Numbered from the stretch's first letter, positions 21,284 to 31,459 are shown. The stretch is DNA of 64,000 nt from an uncultured Acidimicrobiales bacterium (GCA_963775125.1 CAVZHQ010000007.1:488059-552058), one strand, 5' to 3'. A program made the numbers and translations. Notes: generated by a model not told the origin, from the letters alone.

Positions 21284-23654
21284 TCACGTCGCCAATGGTA
21301 CGCCGAGCAGCTCGGCAATTGCCGATTCGAGGGGCCCAAGCGCGACGTCCCACCGGTACTGCGTCGCCAACTCCTGGCCTGCGGCCGCCCGCTCACGAGC
21401 GGGCCCGGGAGCCGCCAGGACGGCTCGGATGCCGGCCAGCAGTTCACCGGGCTCGGCGATGTGCAGAACGGACCCGGGGTCCGGAAGCCCTCGTGCGCCG
21501 ACTGCGGTCGCCACGACTGGTGTACCGGAGGCGAGTGCTTCGATCAGCTTGAGGTTCGTGCCCGATCCGGCCTCGACCGGGTTGACGATGACATCGGCGG
21601 CGAGGAGGAGCCGATTGAGGTCATGATCGGCAAAGGAACCGAGGCTGACCGGCCCGGTACGGGAACGGTTCGAATGGCTTCCGGCCAACACGACCAGGAG
21701 TTCCGGCGCAGCTAGGGCGAGGTCGGCGAGGCGATCAGCCGCCTCGTGGTTCGGGGCGTGGGACGAGCCCACGAAGAGGACGATGGGCCGCTCATCGTCC
21801 GGTATCCCGATGTCCGCCAGGAGCCGAACGCGCGCCGCAGACGCGTTGTGGTCCCGGGCCGGGAGGGCAGTGCAGCAGTCGGTCGTCGACTCCGTTGGGG
21901 GCGACGAGGTTGCGATGACCGCAACCCGGCGGACAAAGGCGGGCGAGGTCGTCGTCGGAGACCGCGCTGACCACCGTTGCTCTTGCCAGCGCCTGGGCTT
22001 CGGCCTTCTCGCACCACTCCATCAAGCGGGTGGCACCGGGACGACCATCGAGCAGCCGCTCCTTGAGATCGATCTCGACGTTGTGCGCGTCGTACACGGT
22101 GGGCTTCTTCATCCCCGTCGGCAGCACGGGGGCCAGGAAGGGGTGGGCGAGCACGATCAGGTCGGAGGCATCGACGTGGGCCGCCAGCAGGGGAGCGAAC
22201 GCCGGCGTTGCCCGGTGGAGCGGGCCGATGGCGATGTCATCGACGGGGACACCGACGAGTGCCCGCATCTCGTGGTCGGCTTTCAGATGGGGCCGCGATC
22301 GACCCACCGCCAGTTGCACGACGCCATCGTCCAGTCGCCGGTTCCGGACACCGGTGACCTCGTTGGTCAACGCCAGCACGGTCACATCGGCGAAGGACTG
22401 GAGCCGATTGGCGACCGCCCGAAGCCGGCGAGAGCCCCCGCCGGTCACCGGTTCGGCGACGAAGGTGGACAACATCAGCACCCGAGGTCGCGGCGGGGCG
22501 AGATCGGGCTCGAGGAGCCTGAGCAGGGGACGCCAGCTGAGGGTCCGGACCCGGTCCCGTCCTGCCCGGCCCTTGCGGTCCGAGCCTGCGGGGTCGAGGG
22601 CGAGGTCGCGCATGGCGGCGCCGATCCGTCGTGGCATCGGCGGCACCACGATGCCCGCCGGGGGCGCCGATGCCAGCACCTGTTCGGCGATGCCGCCGCT
22701 GTCGGTGGTGGTGAGGATGGGGCGGCCGGCCGCGTGGGCCTCGGCTGCCACCAACCCGTAGTCCTCGTCCCTCGGCGTGAGCACGACGGCGACTGCCGAG
22801 GCCAGATAGCGGGCAAGTTCGTCATCGGAGCAGCGTCCGAGCAGGCGCACGCCGGTGGTGCGATCGGCCATGGCCTGCAGCGCCGGGGCCTCGGGCCCGG
22901 TACCCGCGATCCAGAGTTCGAACGGTTCGGGCCGTGCCCGGCCGAGGCCCGACCGGTCGAAGGCTTCGATGGCGAGATCGAATCGCTTGTCAGCGGTGAG
23001 CCGTCCGAAGGCGAAGAAGTGCGCGCCGATCCCGACATCCGAAGCGTCAGGATCGGCCGGCGTCGGGAGATCGGTGAGCGGGGAAATGATGGCAACGGGA
23101 CCTGAACCGAGCAGGGCCGCGTAGCTCGGCCGAAGGGCGACCGCTTCCGACACTGCGGCCTGGACGTGGATCTTGCGGCTGGCCGTCTCGTCGAGGGCCT
23201 GGATGACTGCCTGCATCCAGGGGCCGGGAAGGCTCCATCCGGGAGCGTTCAGATCTTGTGCTTCGGCCCAGTCGAGGAGGGCGGCCGGGCCGGCGGCCGC
23301 GACGCTGTCGATTTGGGCGCGCTGCTCGGCCGAGGCTGGGGGAAGGTGTTTGGGATAGAGGTCGTAGAGGCCGCGGAGCGGATGGTTGAGGTGTCGGACG
23401 TGCAGGGGGTGCTGCACCATCCACGACGGGTACTTGCCGGAGATGACGGCGTCGAACCCGCTGACGTCGAGGTCGAGGAAACGTCGGTAGGACGCCAGTA
23501 CCTCGACGCTGGTGGATTCCGGTGTGTCGACTGCGAGCAGCTCGGCCTGATGGCCGGCGCCGATCAACGCGGCCACCAGGGCGTCCCAATGCCGTTCGGC
23601 CCCACCGTGCACGTAGGGGACAGGTCGTGGGGCCACAACCGCGATCCGACTCAC
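21284..23654 (-). pseudogene. Tandem (two-domain) GT4 glycosyltransferase; frame broken by an apparent +1 shift near 21870 (or sequencing indel)
   Basis: ORF 21792..23654 (MSRIAVVAPRPVPYVHGGAERH...) ends in nonsense after ...VAPNGVDD. The +1 frame continues ALPARDHNASAARVRLLADIGIPDDERPIVLFVGSSHAPN...NPVEAGSGTNLKLIEALASGTPVV (ORF 21284..21772). This is colinear with the paralog sequence VDAAALPVKTAHQASLAR...DPDDERPLGVFIGSWHPPN. Confidence 0.7.
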
Positions 23655-23899
23655 GTCGGGCCCGCCTGGTCGTCGGTCGGCAGGCCGTCGGCTTCTCGAA
23701 TGGCCTGTTCGACGATGCGGTCGAGCAAGCGATCGGGGTCGCCCAGTCGGGCCTTCAGGCCGACCCGAGCCGCGGTCAAGGTTCGGCGGGTCGAACGAGC
23801 AGCGGGATGGGCTTTCGCCACGTCGACCAGCGGGCCAAGAGCTTCTGCCTCGCGCTCGAGACGCCGACGAACGCGGGAGCCGAACGAGTCAGCGCTCAC
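23651..23899 (-). CDS. Small (82-codon) ORF translationally coupled between two GT genes
   Basis: The GTG start at 23899 overlaps the upstream GT stop (GTGAGCGCTGA). Its TGA overlaps the GTG start of the downstream tandem GT (GTGA). GC3-biased, Arg/Ala-rich helical sequence with no recognised domain. Confidence 0.4.
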   Translation of the reverse strand: MSADSFGSRVRRRLEREAEALGPLVDVAKAHPAARSTRRTLTAARVGLKARLGDPDRLLDRIVEQAIREADGLPTDDQAGPT

Positions 23900-25100
23900 A
23901 CGGTCCCCATGCGCAAAGGCCCATGCGCTCGGCCATCGTCGCCGTGTCGCCCTTCGCCTCGAGGTCGACGAAGTGGGCCTGGACGAGTTGGGGGTCGACC
24001 GGGCGCCCCGTCCCTGCAAACGCTGCGGCCAGATGTGGCACCAACCGTGCGGCCAGATCGGTCGGGTTGTCCTTGTCGAAGTACTCGGCGACGTCGCCCC
24101 CCACCTCGCGCAGCACCGGAATGTCGCTGCACAAGACGTTGGCGCCGCAGGCCATGGCTTCGAGGACCGGCATGCCGAAGCCCTCGTAGTGAGAGGGCTG
24201 CACTGCGACCGCACAGGTTTGATAGAGGGCGAGACGCTCGTCCTCGGTGACGTAGCCGGTGACCCGAATGTCGATGCCGTCGGCCTGAAGCTCTGCGATG
24301 CGAGCCAGCAGCGCATCGGACGACCAGCCTGCCCCTCCGGCCAACACCAACGTTGTCTGCCGACGTAGGTCGGGTTCGAGCAGCGCGAAGGCCTCGATCA
24401 GCACCCGATGGTTCTTGCGTGGTTCGATGGTGGCTTGGCACAGCACGAACGGGCGATCGAGCCCGAACCGTTCGGGGGGTGCTGCTGCCGGGTTGGGTTG
24501 GTGACGGTCGTCGGGCAGGAAGGGGATGACCAGAACCTTGTCGGCGGGCACACCGAGGTGGATAGCCATCTCGGCTTTGACTTCGTGGGACCACGTGAGG
24601 ATCAGGTCCGAACGACGGGCCGCCCGGGGAATGACGCGGGCCAGAAAACTCGGGCCGCTGGGAAAGATCCGGCCCGCTACGCCGGCCCGGCCCGGCTGGA
24701 CGTGTTCGGGGCACACGAGGTAGCCGAGGTCATGGATGATGATGACCTTCATCGGCGCGGTGCTGGGCATGAGGTAGTTGTTGTTGCACAGCACGACGTC
24801 GTACCGGCGGCGCCAGAGCAGTTCGAGCGGGGGCGCCAAACCGAACGCCATCAACTTGAGGTAGATGGCGCTGGGGAACAGACGCTGCCGCAAAGGTCGA
24901 CCGAGGGCCGGGTCCGGGAGACCTCGGGTGCCACGAAGATCGAAGTAGCCGAGATCGAACTGGGTGCCCTCGGGGCTCTGCTCGATGAGGCGGCCAACGA
25001 GGTACTCGCTGGCGTAGGCCACGCCGGTCTTCACGTCGACGAACGGGTCGGCGCTCACGAACACGCGCTTGGGTTTCGTGGTCGGACGACGTTTGTTCAC
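23889..25100 (-). CDS. Glycosyltransferase, GT4 (mannosyltransferase-like)
   Basis: 403 aa. C-terminal GT4 block VQPSHYEGFGMPVLEAMACGANVLCSDIPVLREVGGD. It is the first gene of the minus-strand operon. Confidence 0.85.
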   Translation of the reverse strand: MNKRRPTTKPKRVFVSADPFVDVKTGVAYASEYLVGRLIEQSPEGTQFDLGYFDLRGTRGLPDPALGRPLRQRLFPSAIYLKLMAFGLAPPLELLWRRRYDVVLCNNNYLMPSTAPMKVIIIHDLGYLVCPEHVQPGRAGVAGRIFPSGPSFLARVIPRAARRSDLILTWSHEVKAEMAIHLGVPADKVLVIPFLPDDRHQPNPAAAPPERFGLDRPFVLCQATIEPRKNHRVLIEAFALLEPDLRRQTTLVLAGGAGWSSDALLARIAELQADGIDIRVTGYVTEDERLALYQTCAVAVQPSHYEGFGMPVLEAMACGANVLCSDIPVLREVGGDVAEYFDKDNPTDLAARLVPHLAAAFAGTGRPVDPQLVQAHFVDLEAKGDTATMAERMGLCAWGPCER

Positions 25101-25158
25101 AGGAGCCCGACACTAGCGGTTCCCCTCTCGGTGTCGGGGTGACCGCTAGCCTCGGAGC
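25101..25158. promoter_or_regulatory. 58-bp divergent control region with two interleaved inverted repeats
   Basis: CCGACAC (25107-25113) pairs with GTGTCGG (25131-25137). CTAGCGGT (25113-25120) pairs with ACCGCTAG (25142-25149). The arrangement is A-B-A'-B'. Confidence 0.35.
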
Positions 25159-26530
25159 ATGCCTGGTCACGAGAAACGTTTCGTCATCATCGGCGGTGGC
25201 CCCGGTGGCACTGCCTGCGCCACCCACGCTGCTCGTTATGGCGCCAACGTGACGTTGATCGAGAAGGACCTGGTCGGTGGTGCAGCCCACCTTCTCGACT
25301 GCATCCCGTCCAAGGCCATGATCGCCACGGGCGGGGCGATGTCGATGATGAACCATGCGGCCGAGATGGGCCTGGCCAAAGTCGATGTGAGCCTGGACTT
25401 CGACGCCCTTCGTGACCGGATTCTCGAGATCGAGGAGCGGCTCGAGCATTCGGTTCGCAGTCTGCTCGAGAGCCAGAAGGTCAACATCATCGAAGGCGTC
25501 GGCACGCTCACCGGACCCAACTCGGTGTCGGTTCAGCACAACGACGGCAAGACGTCGACCCTCGATGCCGACGTGATCGTGTTGGCCACCGGTAGCCGAC
25601 CCCGGATCCCTGATTGGGCGCCCATCGATGGGCAGCGCGTGCTCTCGACTCGCCACGCCTACCCGCCGCCCGAGTTGCCCCGGAAACTCATCGTCATCGG
25701 TTCAGGCGTCACCGGCGTCGAGTTCGTTCACATGTTCCGATCGTTCGGATCCGAAGTGATCCTGATCGTCAGTCGCCAGCAGGTGCTCCCCGACAAGGAT
25801 CCCGAGGTCGCCTCGGTCCTCGAGCACAGCTTTCTCGACCGAGGGGTCAAGCTGTTCATGGGGGCCCGAGCCCAGTCGATCGAAGTTGACGGCAACACGG
25901 TAAAGGTCTTCTGCGACGATGGCCGGGTGGCCGAGGGTTCGCACGCGTCTGTTGGCCATTGGATCGGTGCCGAACTCCGAGAACCTCGGTCTCGACTCGG
26001 CCGGCGTCGACCACGAGAACGGGTACGTGAGGATCGACCACAACTGCCGGAGCAGCGTGGCCCACATCTATGCCGTCGGCGATCTGTCCGGCAAGCTGCC
26101 GCTGTCGTCGGTCGCCACGACCCAGGGTCGCAAGGTCGCCGAGCACGCCATGGGACTCCACGCCGGACCCCATCGGCATCTCGACTACGAGAAGGCTGCT
26201 TCGGCCATCTTCACCGACCCCGAGATCGCCGACGTCGGGCTGGCCGAGGCCGACGCGTTCGCCGAAGGTCGCAAGATCCGGGTGACCAAGGTGCCGTTCT
26301 CGGTATCGGCCAAGGCCCTCATCAACAACGACAGCCGGGGCTTCGTCAAGATCGTGTCCGACCCCGCCACCGGCGTCGTGCTCGGAGGCTCCATCGTCGG
26401 ACGCCACGCGGCCGAACTCATCTCGGTCCTCGCCTTGGCCGTCACCGCCGGACTTCGGGTCTCCGATCTGGTCGAATCGATCTTCGTGCACCCCGCCTTG
26501 GCCGAAGTCCTGGGCGAAGCCGCCGAGTAG
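25159..26530 (+). pseudogene. lpdA: LpdA-like flavoprotein disulfide-reductase-family NAD(P)H oxidoreductase; +1 frame break near 25948 (or sequencing indel)
   Basis: FVIIGGGPGGTACA, a single-Cys site GGAAHLLDCIPSK, and a second Rossmann block LIVIGSGVTGVEF. Frame 1 turns to nonsense after ...AEGSHA. Frame 2 (ORF 25919..26530) continues LLAIGSVPNSENLGLDSAGV...YAVGD...FVHPALAE. An extra t sits in CAC GCG t CTG TTG. Confidence 0.8.
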
Positions 26531-26539
26531 CCGGCTCGT

Positions 26540-27439
26540 TCAGAGCGCCATCTCCCGCAGCTTCTGCTTGGGGATGGTGTGCTGCCAGTCGGCCAGGATG
26601 GCTCGCAGGGCGGCGATGAGGGCCAGCGGTTGGTCGAGCGGGACGTGGTGGTAGGACTGGGGGATCTCGATGGTCGGGGCGTTCCGGCCGGTCAGCTCCT
26701 CCATGTACTCCTGCACGTCGGGAGTCAGCAGATCGCTCATCTCGCCGTGCATCAGGGCGATGCGGCACTTGGTCTGCGCGAGGTAGTCGTGCACGGTCGA
26801 ACCGGCCCGCTGGAAGACCGCCGGATCGAATTTCCACGTCCAGCCGTCGGGCGTCTCGTGCAGCGAGGTGCGGGCGATGTGGTCGACGATGAACCCGTTC
26901 TCGCAGGGCTGGGGCGGCTGCAAGTGGAAGTGCTCGACCGCAGTCTCGAGGTCGGGATACGTCTTCGGATTGCGGAACATGCGTCCCCGCTCACCCTCCT
27001 CGGTCTCGGGGTCGGGCCGCCGTACCGGGGCATCGATCATGATGGCGCCGTCGAGCTCCTCCCCGAACCGGGCCGCGGTGACGATGGCCACGATGCCACC
27101 CATCGAGTGTCCGACGATGATCGGCCGGCCCAGACCGCCGCTGTCGTCGAAGACGGCCATGACCTCATTGGCCCATTGCTCGGCGCTGTAGGCCTTGCGC
27201 CGACCGCTGTCGCCATGCCCCGAGAGATCGAGCGCGGTCACGAAGTAATGGTGGGTGAGCTGCGGGGCGATGAACGACCACCACTGCGCGTGGGCTGCGC
27301 CCCCGTGAATGAGGACGAGCGCCGGCTTCGACGGGTCCCCCCACTGGAGGTAATGGACATCGCACCCGTTCACCTCGACCGTTCGAGAGGCGGGCCGGTG
27401 GGCCAAGGCGCCGGTGAACCAGGAGGGTGCGCGGGTCAT
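26540..27439 (-). CDS. Alpha/beta hydrolase
   Basis: Nucleophile elbow IVGHSMGG, oxyanion-region LVLIHGGAAHAQWW, and a C-terminal SYHHVPLDQP His region. Confidence 0.85.
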   Translation of the reverse strand: MTRAPSWFTGALAHRPASRTVEVNGCDVHYLQWGDPSKPALVLIHGGAAHAQWWSFIAPQLTHHYFVTALDLSGHGDSGRRKAYSAEQWANEVMAVFDDSGGLGRPIIVGHSMGGIVAIVTAARFGEELDGAIMIDAPVRRPDPETEEGERGRMFRNPKTYPDLETAVEHFHLQPPQPCENGFIVDHIARTSLHETPDGWTWKFDPAVFQRAGSTVHDYLAQTKCRIALMHGEMSDLLTPDVQEYMEELTGRNAPTIEIPQSYHHVPLDQPLALIAALRAILADWQHTIPKQKLREMAL

Positions 27440-27480
27440 GGGCGGATCGTAGTGCCGTTCCGACGGCTCACGAAATCTCG

Positions 27481-27528
27481 TAGAAATCGCGTAAAATGTT
27501 CTATCGATAGTTGAATACAGAACATATG
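27481..27528 (+). promoter_or_regulatory. AT-rich palindromic leader upstream of the HNH gene
   Basis: This is the only conspicuously AT-rich stretch in the window. It has TAGAAA/TAAAAT -10-like boxes, the inverted repeat ATGTTCT (27496-27502) / AGAACAT (27519-27525), and the perfect palindrome CTATCGATAG (27501-27510). Confidence 0.35.
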
Positions 27529-27545
27529 TCCGCTACTCTGAACCG

Positions 27546-28841
27546 ATGGCGGCGGTCCTTCCTTCAGTTGACGCTCTCGAAGACTTCCACTGGGACGTCG
27601 ATGTCGCGTTGGACTCGGTGTTGTCGGCCGCCGACGTGGCGGAGCGAGGTGACATCGAGCTGCTCGACCGGTTGGTGCGAGTGCTGGCCGACGAGCTCTT
27701 CCGCCGAGACGGAGCGTCGTCGTTGACCGGTTGGTTGCGCCGGCGTCTGGGTCTCGATGTGCCCGCTGCTCGACGGATGGCTCACACCGTTCGTGTGTTG
27801 CTGTTGTTGCCCGACCTGCGATCGGCGCTGGTGTCCGGTTCCACGTCGCTGTCCCACCTTCGTGTCCTCGAACGAGCGGCCACCGAGGAGCGTCACGATC
27901 ACCTCGCGCTGTTCGCCGATCAGCTCGTCGGTTACGCGTGCTCGATGGGGGTCGATGACTTTCGTTCGGTCTGCGAACGCTGGGCTGACCTGGTCGACGC
28001 CGAGGTCGAGCCCCGAGATCTACCGGCCGGGTATCTGGCGGTCTCGTCGACCTTGTTCGGGCAAGCCGATATTCGAGGTCGGCTCTCCGCCGACCAGGCG
28101 GCTGTGTTCGGCGAGGTACTGGGCCAGCTGAATCGGCCCGACCCCGCAGACGCCCCAGCGAAGCGAACCCACCGGCAACGCAACGCTGACGCACTGGCCG
28201 ATCTGGCTCAGCACTACCTCGATTGTGGCCACCTCGACGGCGGTCATCTGCCTGAGGCCGTCCCGGAAGAGGACGACAGGCCGAGGCTCGCTCGCCACGG
28301 CCGCAGCAGGGCTCGGGCGGTCGTGGTCATCGATTTCGATGGACTCACCGACTCGATCCCCGAGTTGTGGGACGACGAGCGTCGCCAACCAGTGCTCGAC
28401 CGGATCCGTCGATCCAACGCCGAGGGACGTTCCCTGCCCGCTGAGGTCGCTGCGCTCCTCGTGTGCGATGGCTCGATGCAGCGCTTGCTGGTCGATCCCA
28501 ACGGTCGGCCCCTCGATCTTGGACGAGCGACGCCAGTGGTCAGCGCGGCCCAACGGACGGCGTTGGCGGTGCGCGATGGCGGTTGTGGGTTCCCAACCTG
28601 TGATCGGCCCGGCCACCATTGCGATGCCCACCACCTGCGGCACTGGCGTAAGGGCGGGTCAACGAACCTCGACAATCTGGTGTTGCTCTGTAGACACCAC
28701 CACCGCCTGGTCCACGGACCGTGGTGGGACCTCAAACGAGACCCCATCACGGGTCTGATCACCGCCGAGCGCCGAGAGGCAGGCTCCAATCGTGTGGTGA
28801 CCTACCGCCGAGACCCACGCGGCGTGGTGTTCACGTCCTAG
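27546..28841 (+). CDS. DUF222 + HNH endonuclease (actinobacterial 13E12-repeat-type)
   Basis: 431 aa. C-terminal HNH block RDGGCGFPTCDRPGHHCDAHHLRHWRKGGSTNLDNLVLLCRHHHRLVH, preceded by a long helical DUF222-like N-terminus. Confidence 0.9.
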   Translation: MAAVLPSVDALEDFHWDVDVALDSVLSAADVAERGDIELLDRLVRVLADELFRRDGASSLTGWLRRRLGLDVPAARRMAHTVRVLLLLPDLRSALVSGSTSLSHLRVLERAATEERHDHLALFADQLVGYACSMGVDDFRSVCERWADLVDAEVEPRDLPAGYLAVSSTLFGQADIRGRLSADQAAVFGEVLGQLNRPDPADAPAKRTHRQRNADALADLAQHYLDCGHLDGGHLPEAVPEEDDRPRLARHGRSRARAVVVIDFDGLTDSIPELWDDERRQPVLDRIRRSNAEGRSLPAEVAALLVCDGSMQRLLVDPNGRPLDLGRATPVVSAAQRTALAVRDGGCGFPTCDRPGHHCDAHHLRHWRKGGSTNLDNLVLLCRHHHRLVHGPWWDLKRDPITGLITAERREAGSNRVVTYRRDPRGVVFTS

Positions 28842-28848
28842 TCAGCGG

Positions 28849-30645
28849 CTACTCGATCTTGGCGACGACGTCGCCGCCGCCGACGGAGTCGCCGGCGCTG
28901 ACGCGGATCTCGGCCACCTTGCCGGCCTTCTCCGCGGTGACGTTGTTCTCCATCTTCATGGCTTCGAGCACGACGATGGTGTCGCCGACGGCGACTTCCT
29001 GGCCGACCTCGACCGAGACCTTGACGATCGTGCCCTGCATCGGCACGGTGACGTCGCCCGAGCCCGAACCGCCGGCGCCGCCGCCCGACGCGGCGCGCCG
29101 CTTGGGCTTACGAGCCCCGCCGCCACCGCCGCCCGAGGCGACCATGGCCGACTCGGGCATCCACACCGAGACCGAGAAACGCTTGCCGTTGACCTCGACG
29201 TCGACGTCTCGGCGAACCTTGGGCTCGGCGTCGTCGTCACCGGACGGTGCGGCTTTGACCGAGCCGATGCCGGAGAGGTCGAGCACTTCTTCGACCCACT
29301 TGGTGGAGTGCACACCCGCCTGGAAGTCCGGATGCTCGAGGATGGCGAGGTCGGCCGGGATGGTGGTGGCCACTCCCTCGATCTCGAACTCTCGGAGCGC
29401 ACGAATGGTGCGGGCGATTGCCGTCTGGCGATCGGCGCCCCAGCAGATCAGCTTGCCGACGAGGTTGTCGTAGTACTGGCTGATCTCGTCGCCGGCTTCG
29501 TAGCCGCCGTCCCACCGCACACCGAAGCCGCTGGGCACCCGGAGCTTGTTGATGGGCCCGGGCGAAGGCAGGAAGGCGCCGCCTGCAGGGTCCTCGGCGT
29601 TGATGCGGACCTCGATGGCGTGGCCCGTGAGGACGACGTCGTCCTGGGTGAACGGCAGGGCGCCGCCGTCGGCGATGTGCAACTGGAGGGCGACGAGGTC
29701 GAGGCCGGTGACCATCTCGGTGACCGGGTGTTCGACCTGGAGGCGGGTGTTCATCTCGAGGTAGTGGAACTCGCCGTCCTCGAAGAGGAACTCGACCGTG
29801 CCCGCGTTGGTGTAACCGCAGCCGAGGGCGACCTTGACCGCCGCCTCACCCATGGCCTTGGCGACCGACTCGGGCAGACCGGGAGCCGGTGCCTCCTCGA
29901 TGAGCTTCTGATGCCGACGCTGGGCCGAGCAGTCACGCTGGCCGAGATAGACGCCGTTGCCCTGGCTGTCGCACAGGACCTGGATCTCGACGTGGCGCGG
30001 CTTGGTGAGGTAGCGCTCGAGATAGCACTCGTCCCGGCCGAAGTACGACAACGCCTCGCGCTGAGCCGACTCGAACTGGGGCGCCGCTTCGTCGGCGTTC
30101 TGGACCACCTTCATGCCGCGGCCACCTCCACCGAAGGCGGCTTTGATGGCCACCGGCCAACCGTGTTCGGTGCCGAAGGCAACGATCGAAGCGGGGTCCT
30201 TGATGAACTCGGTCACGCCCGGCACGCCGTGCACGCCGACCTTCTCGGCTGCCTCACGGGCGCTGATCTTGTCGCCCATGACCTCGATGGCCGCCGGCGG
30301 GGGGCCGATGAACGCAACGCCCATCTCGGTGATGGCCCGAGCGAAGTCGGCGTTCTCGGAGAAGAAGCCGTAGCCGGGGTGCACGGCTTGGGCCCCGGAC
30401 TGGGTGATGGCCGACAGGATGGCCTCGGTGTTCAGGTAGCTCTCGGCCGCAGTCTGGCCACCGAGCGCGAAGGCTTCGTCGGCGATGCGCACGTGAAGAG
30501 CGTCCCGGTCGAGCTCGGAGTAGACCGCAACCGTCCCGATGCCGAGTTCCTTGCACGCCCGGATGACCCGGACGGCGATTTCACCTCGATTGGCCACGAG
30601 GACCTTGTTGAACGACGGCTTGGGAAGTGAAGGTGGGTTCAGCAC
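28849..30645 (-). CDS. accA: Acyl-CoA carboxylase alpha chain (biotin carboxylase + BCCP fused)
   Basis: Biotin carboxylase N-terminus KVLVANRGEIAVRVIRA, an ATP-grasp core, and a C-terminal biotinyl motif VLEAMKMEN. Confidence 0.9.
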   Translation of the reverse strand: MLNPPSLPKPSFNKVLVANRGEIAVRVIRACKELGIGTVAVYSELDRDALHVRIADEAFALGGQTAAESYLNTEAILSAITQSGAQAVHPGYGFFSENADFARAITEMGVAFIGPPPAAIEVMGDKISAREAAEKVGVHGVPGVTEFIKDPASIVAFGTEHGWPVAIKAAFGGGGRGMKVVQNADEAAPQFESAQREALSYFGRDECYLERYLTKPRHVEIQVLCDSQGNGVYLGQRDCSAQRRHQKLIEEAPAPGLPESVAKAMGEAAVKVALGCGYTNAGTVEFLFEDGEFHYLEMNTRLQVEHPVTEMVTGLDLVALQLHIADGGALPFTQDDVVLTGHAIEVRINAEDPAGGAFLPSPGPINKLRVPSGFGVRWDGGYEAGDEISQYYDNLVGKLICWGADRQTAIARTIRALREFEIEGVATTIPADLAILEHPDFQAGVHSTKWVEEVLDLSGIGSVKAAPSGDDDAEPKVRRDVDVEVNGKRFSVSVWMPESAMVASGGGGGGARKPKRRAASGGGAGGSGSGDVTVPMQGTIVKVSVEVGQEVAVGDTIVVLEAMKMENNVTAEKAGKVAEIRVSAGDSVGGGDVVAKIE

Positions 30646-30664
30646 GACCGTAATGTAGGCCGAG

Positions 30665-31459
30665 ATGAGTCACGATGGGGAAGTCCGCGGTCCGACAGGT
30701 ACACGTTTTTCGCAGATTCGGGTGGTGACGGAGACCGGATCGACCAACAAAGATCTGCTCGATGCCGGCCTGGCCGGCGCTCCTGAGGGCCAGGTGCTGG
30801 TCACCGGCCACCAGACGGCCGGCCGGGGCCGCCAGGGCAGGACCTGGTACGACGATCCTGGATCTTCGCTGCTCTGTTCCGTGCTGCTTCGGCCCGATCC
30901 GGGTTGGGCGTCGCTGATCCCGCTCGCCACCGGCCTCGCAGTCGTCGAGGGGGTCGAGGCCGCCTCGGGGGTGCGGGCCGAGCTGAAATGGCCGAATGAT
31001 GTCTTGGTCACCGAGGGCAGCGCTGATGCAGTGCAGGGTGAACGCAAGCTGTGCGGCATCCTCGCCGAGGCAGCAGGGTCCGCTGAAGCCCTGGTCGTGG
31101 TCGTCGGATTCGGACTGAACCTTCGTTGGCGCGGTGAGCTTCCCGCCGAGGTGTCGGCCCGCTCCATCGATCTCGCTTCGCTGTCCGACCGCCCGATCGA
31201 CCGACTGGACGTCCTCGCTCCGATCCTCGTGGCACTCGAGGGTCGCATTGCCCAGCTCGAAGTCGGACGTTCGAACGACCTCCTGAACGACTACCGAAGC
31301 CGTTGCCTGAGCATCGGTCGGCGCGTGCGGTTCGACACCCCACGGGGCGAACTCACCGGGTTCGTCACCGGTATCGATGCTTCGGGCGGTTTGGTACTCG
31401 AGACCGCGGACGGCGTCAGCCACGTGTTGACGGCCGGCGAAGCACACCATCTCGCTTGA
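30665..31459 (+). CDS. birA: Biotin--[acetyl-CoA-carboxylase] ligase (no N-terminal HTH)
   Basis: GRGRQGRTW signature and KWPNDVL block. It is divergent from accA. Confidence 0.9.
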   Translation: MSHDGEVRGPTGTRFSQIRVVTETGSTNKDLLDAGLAGAPEGQVLVTGHQTAGRGRQGRTWYDDPGSSLLCSVLLRPDPGWASLIPLATGLAVVEGVEAASGVRAELKWPNDVLVTEGSADAVQGERKLCGILAEAAGSAEALVVVVGFGLNLRWRGELPAEVSARSIDLASLSDRPIDRLDVLAPILVALEGRIAQLEVGRSNDLLNDYRSRCLSIGRRVRFDTPRGELTGFVTGIDASGGLVLETADGVSHVLTAGEAHHLA

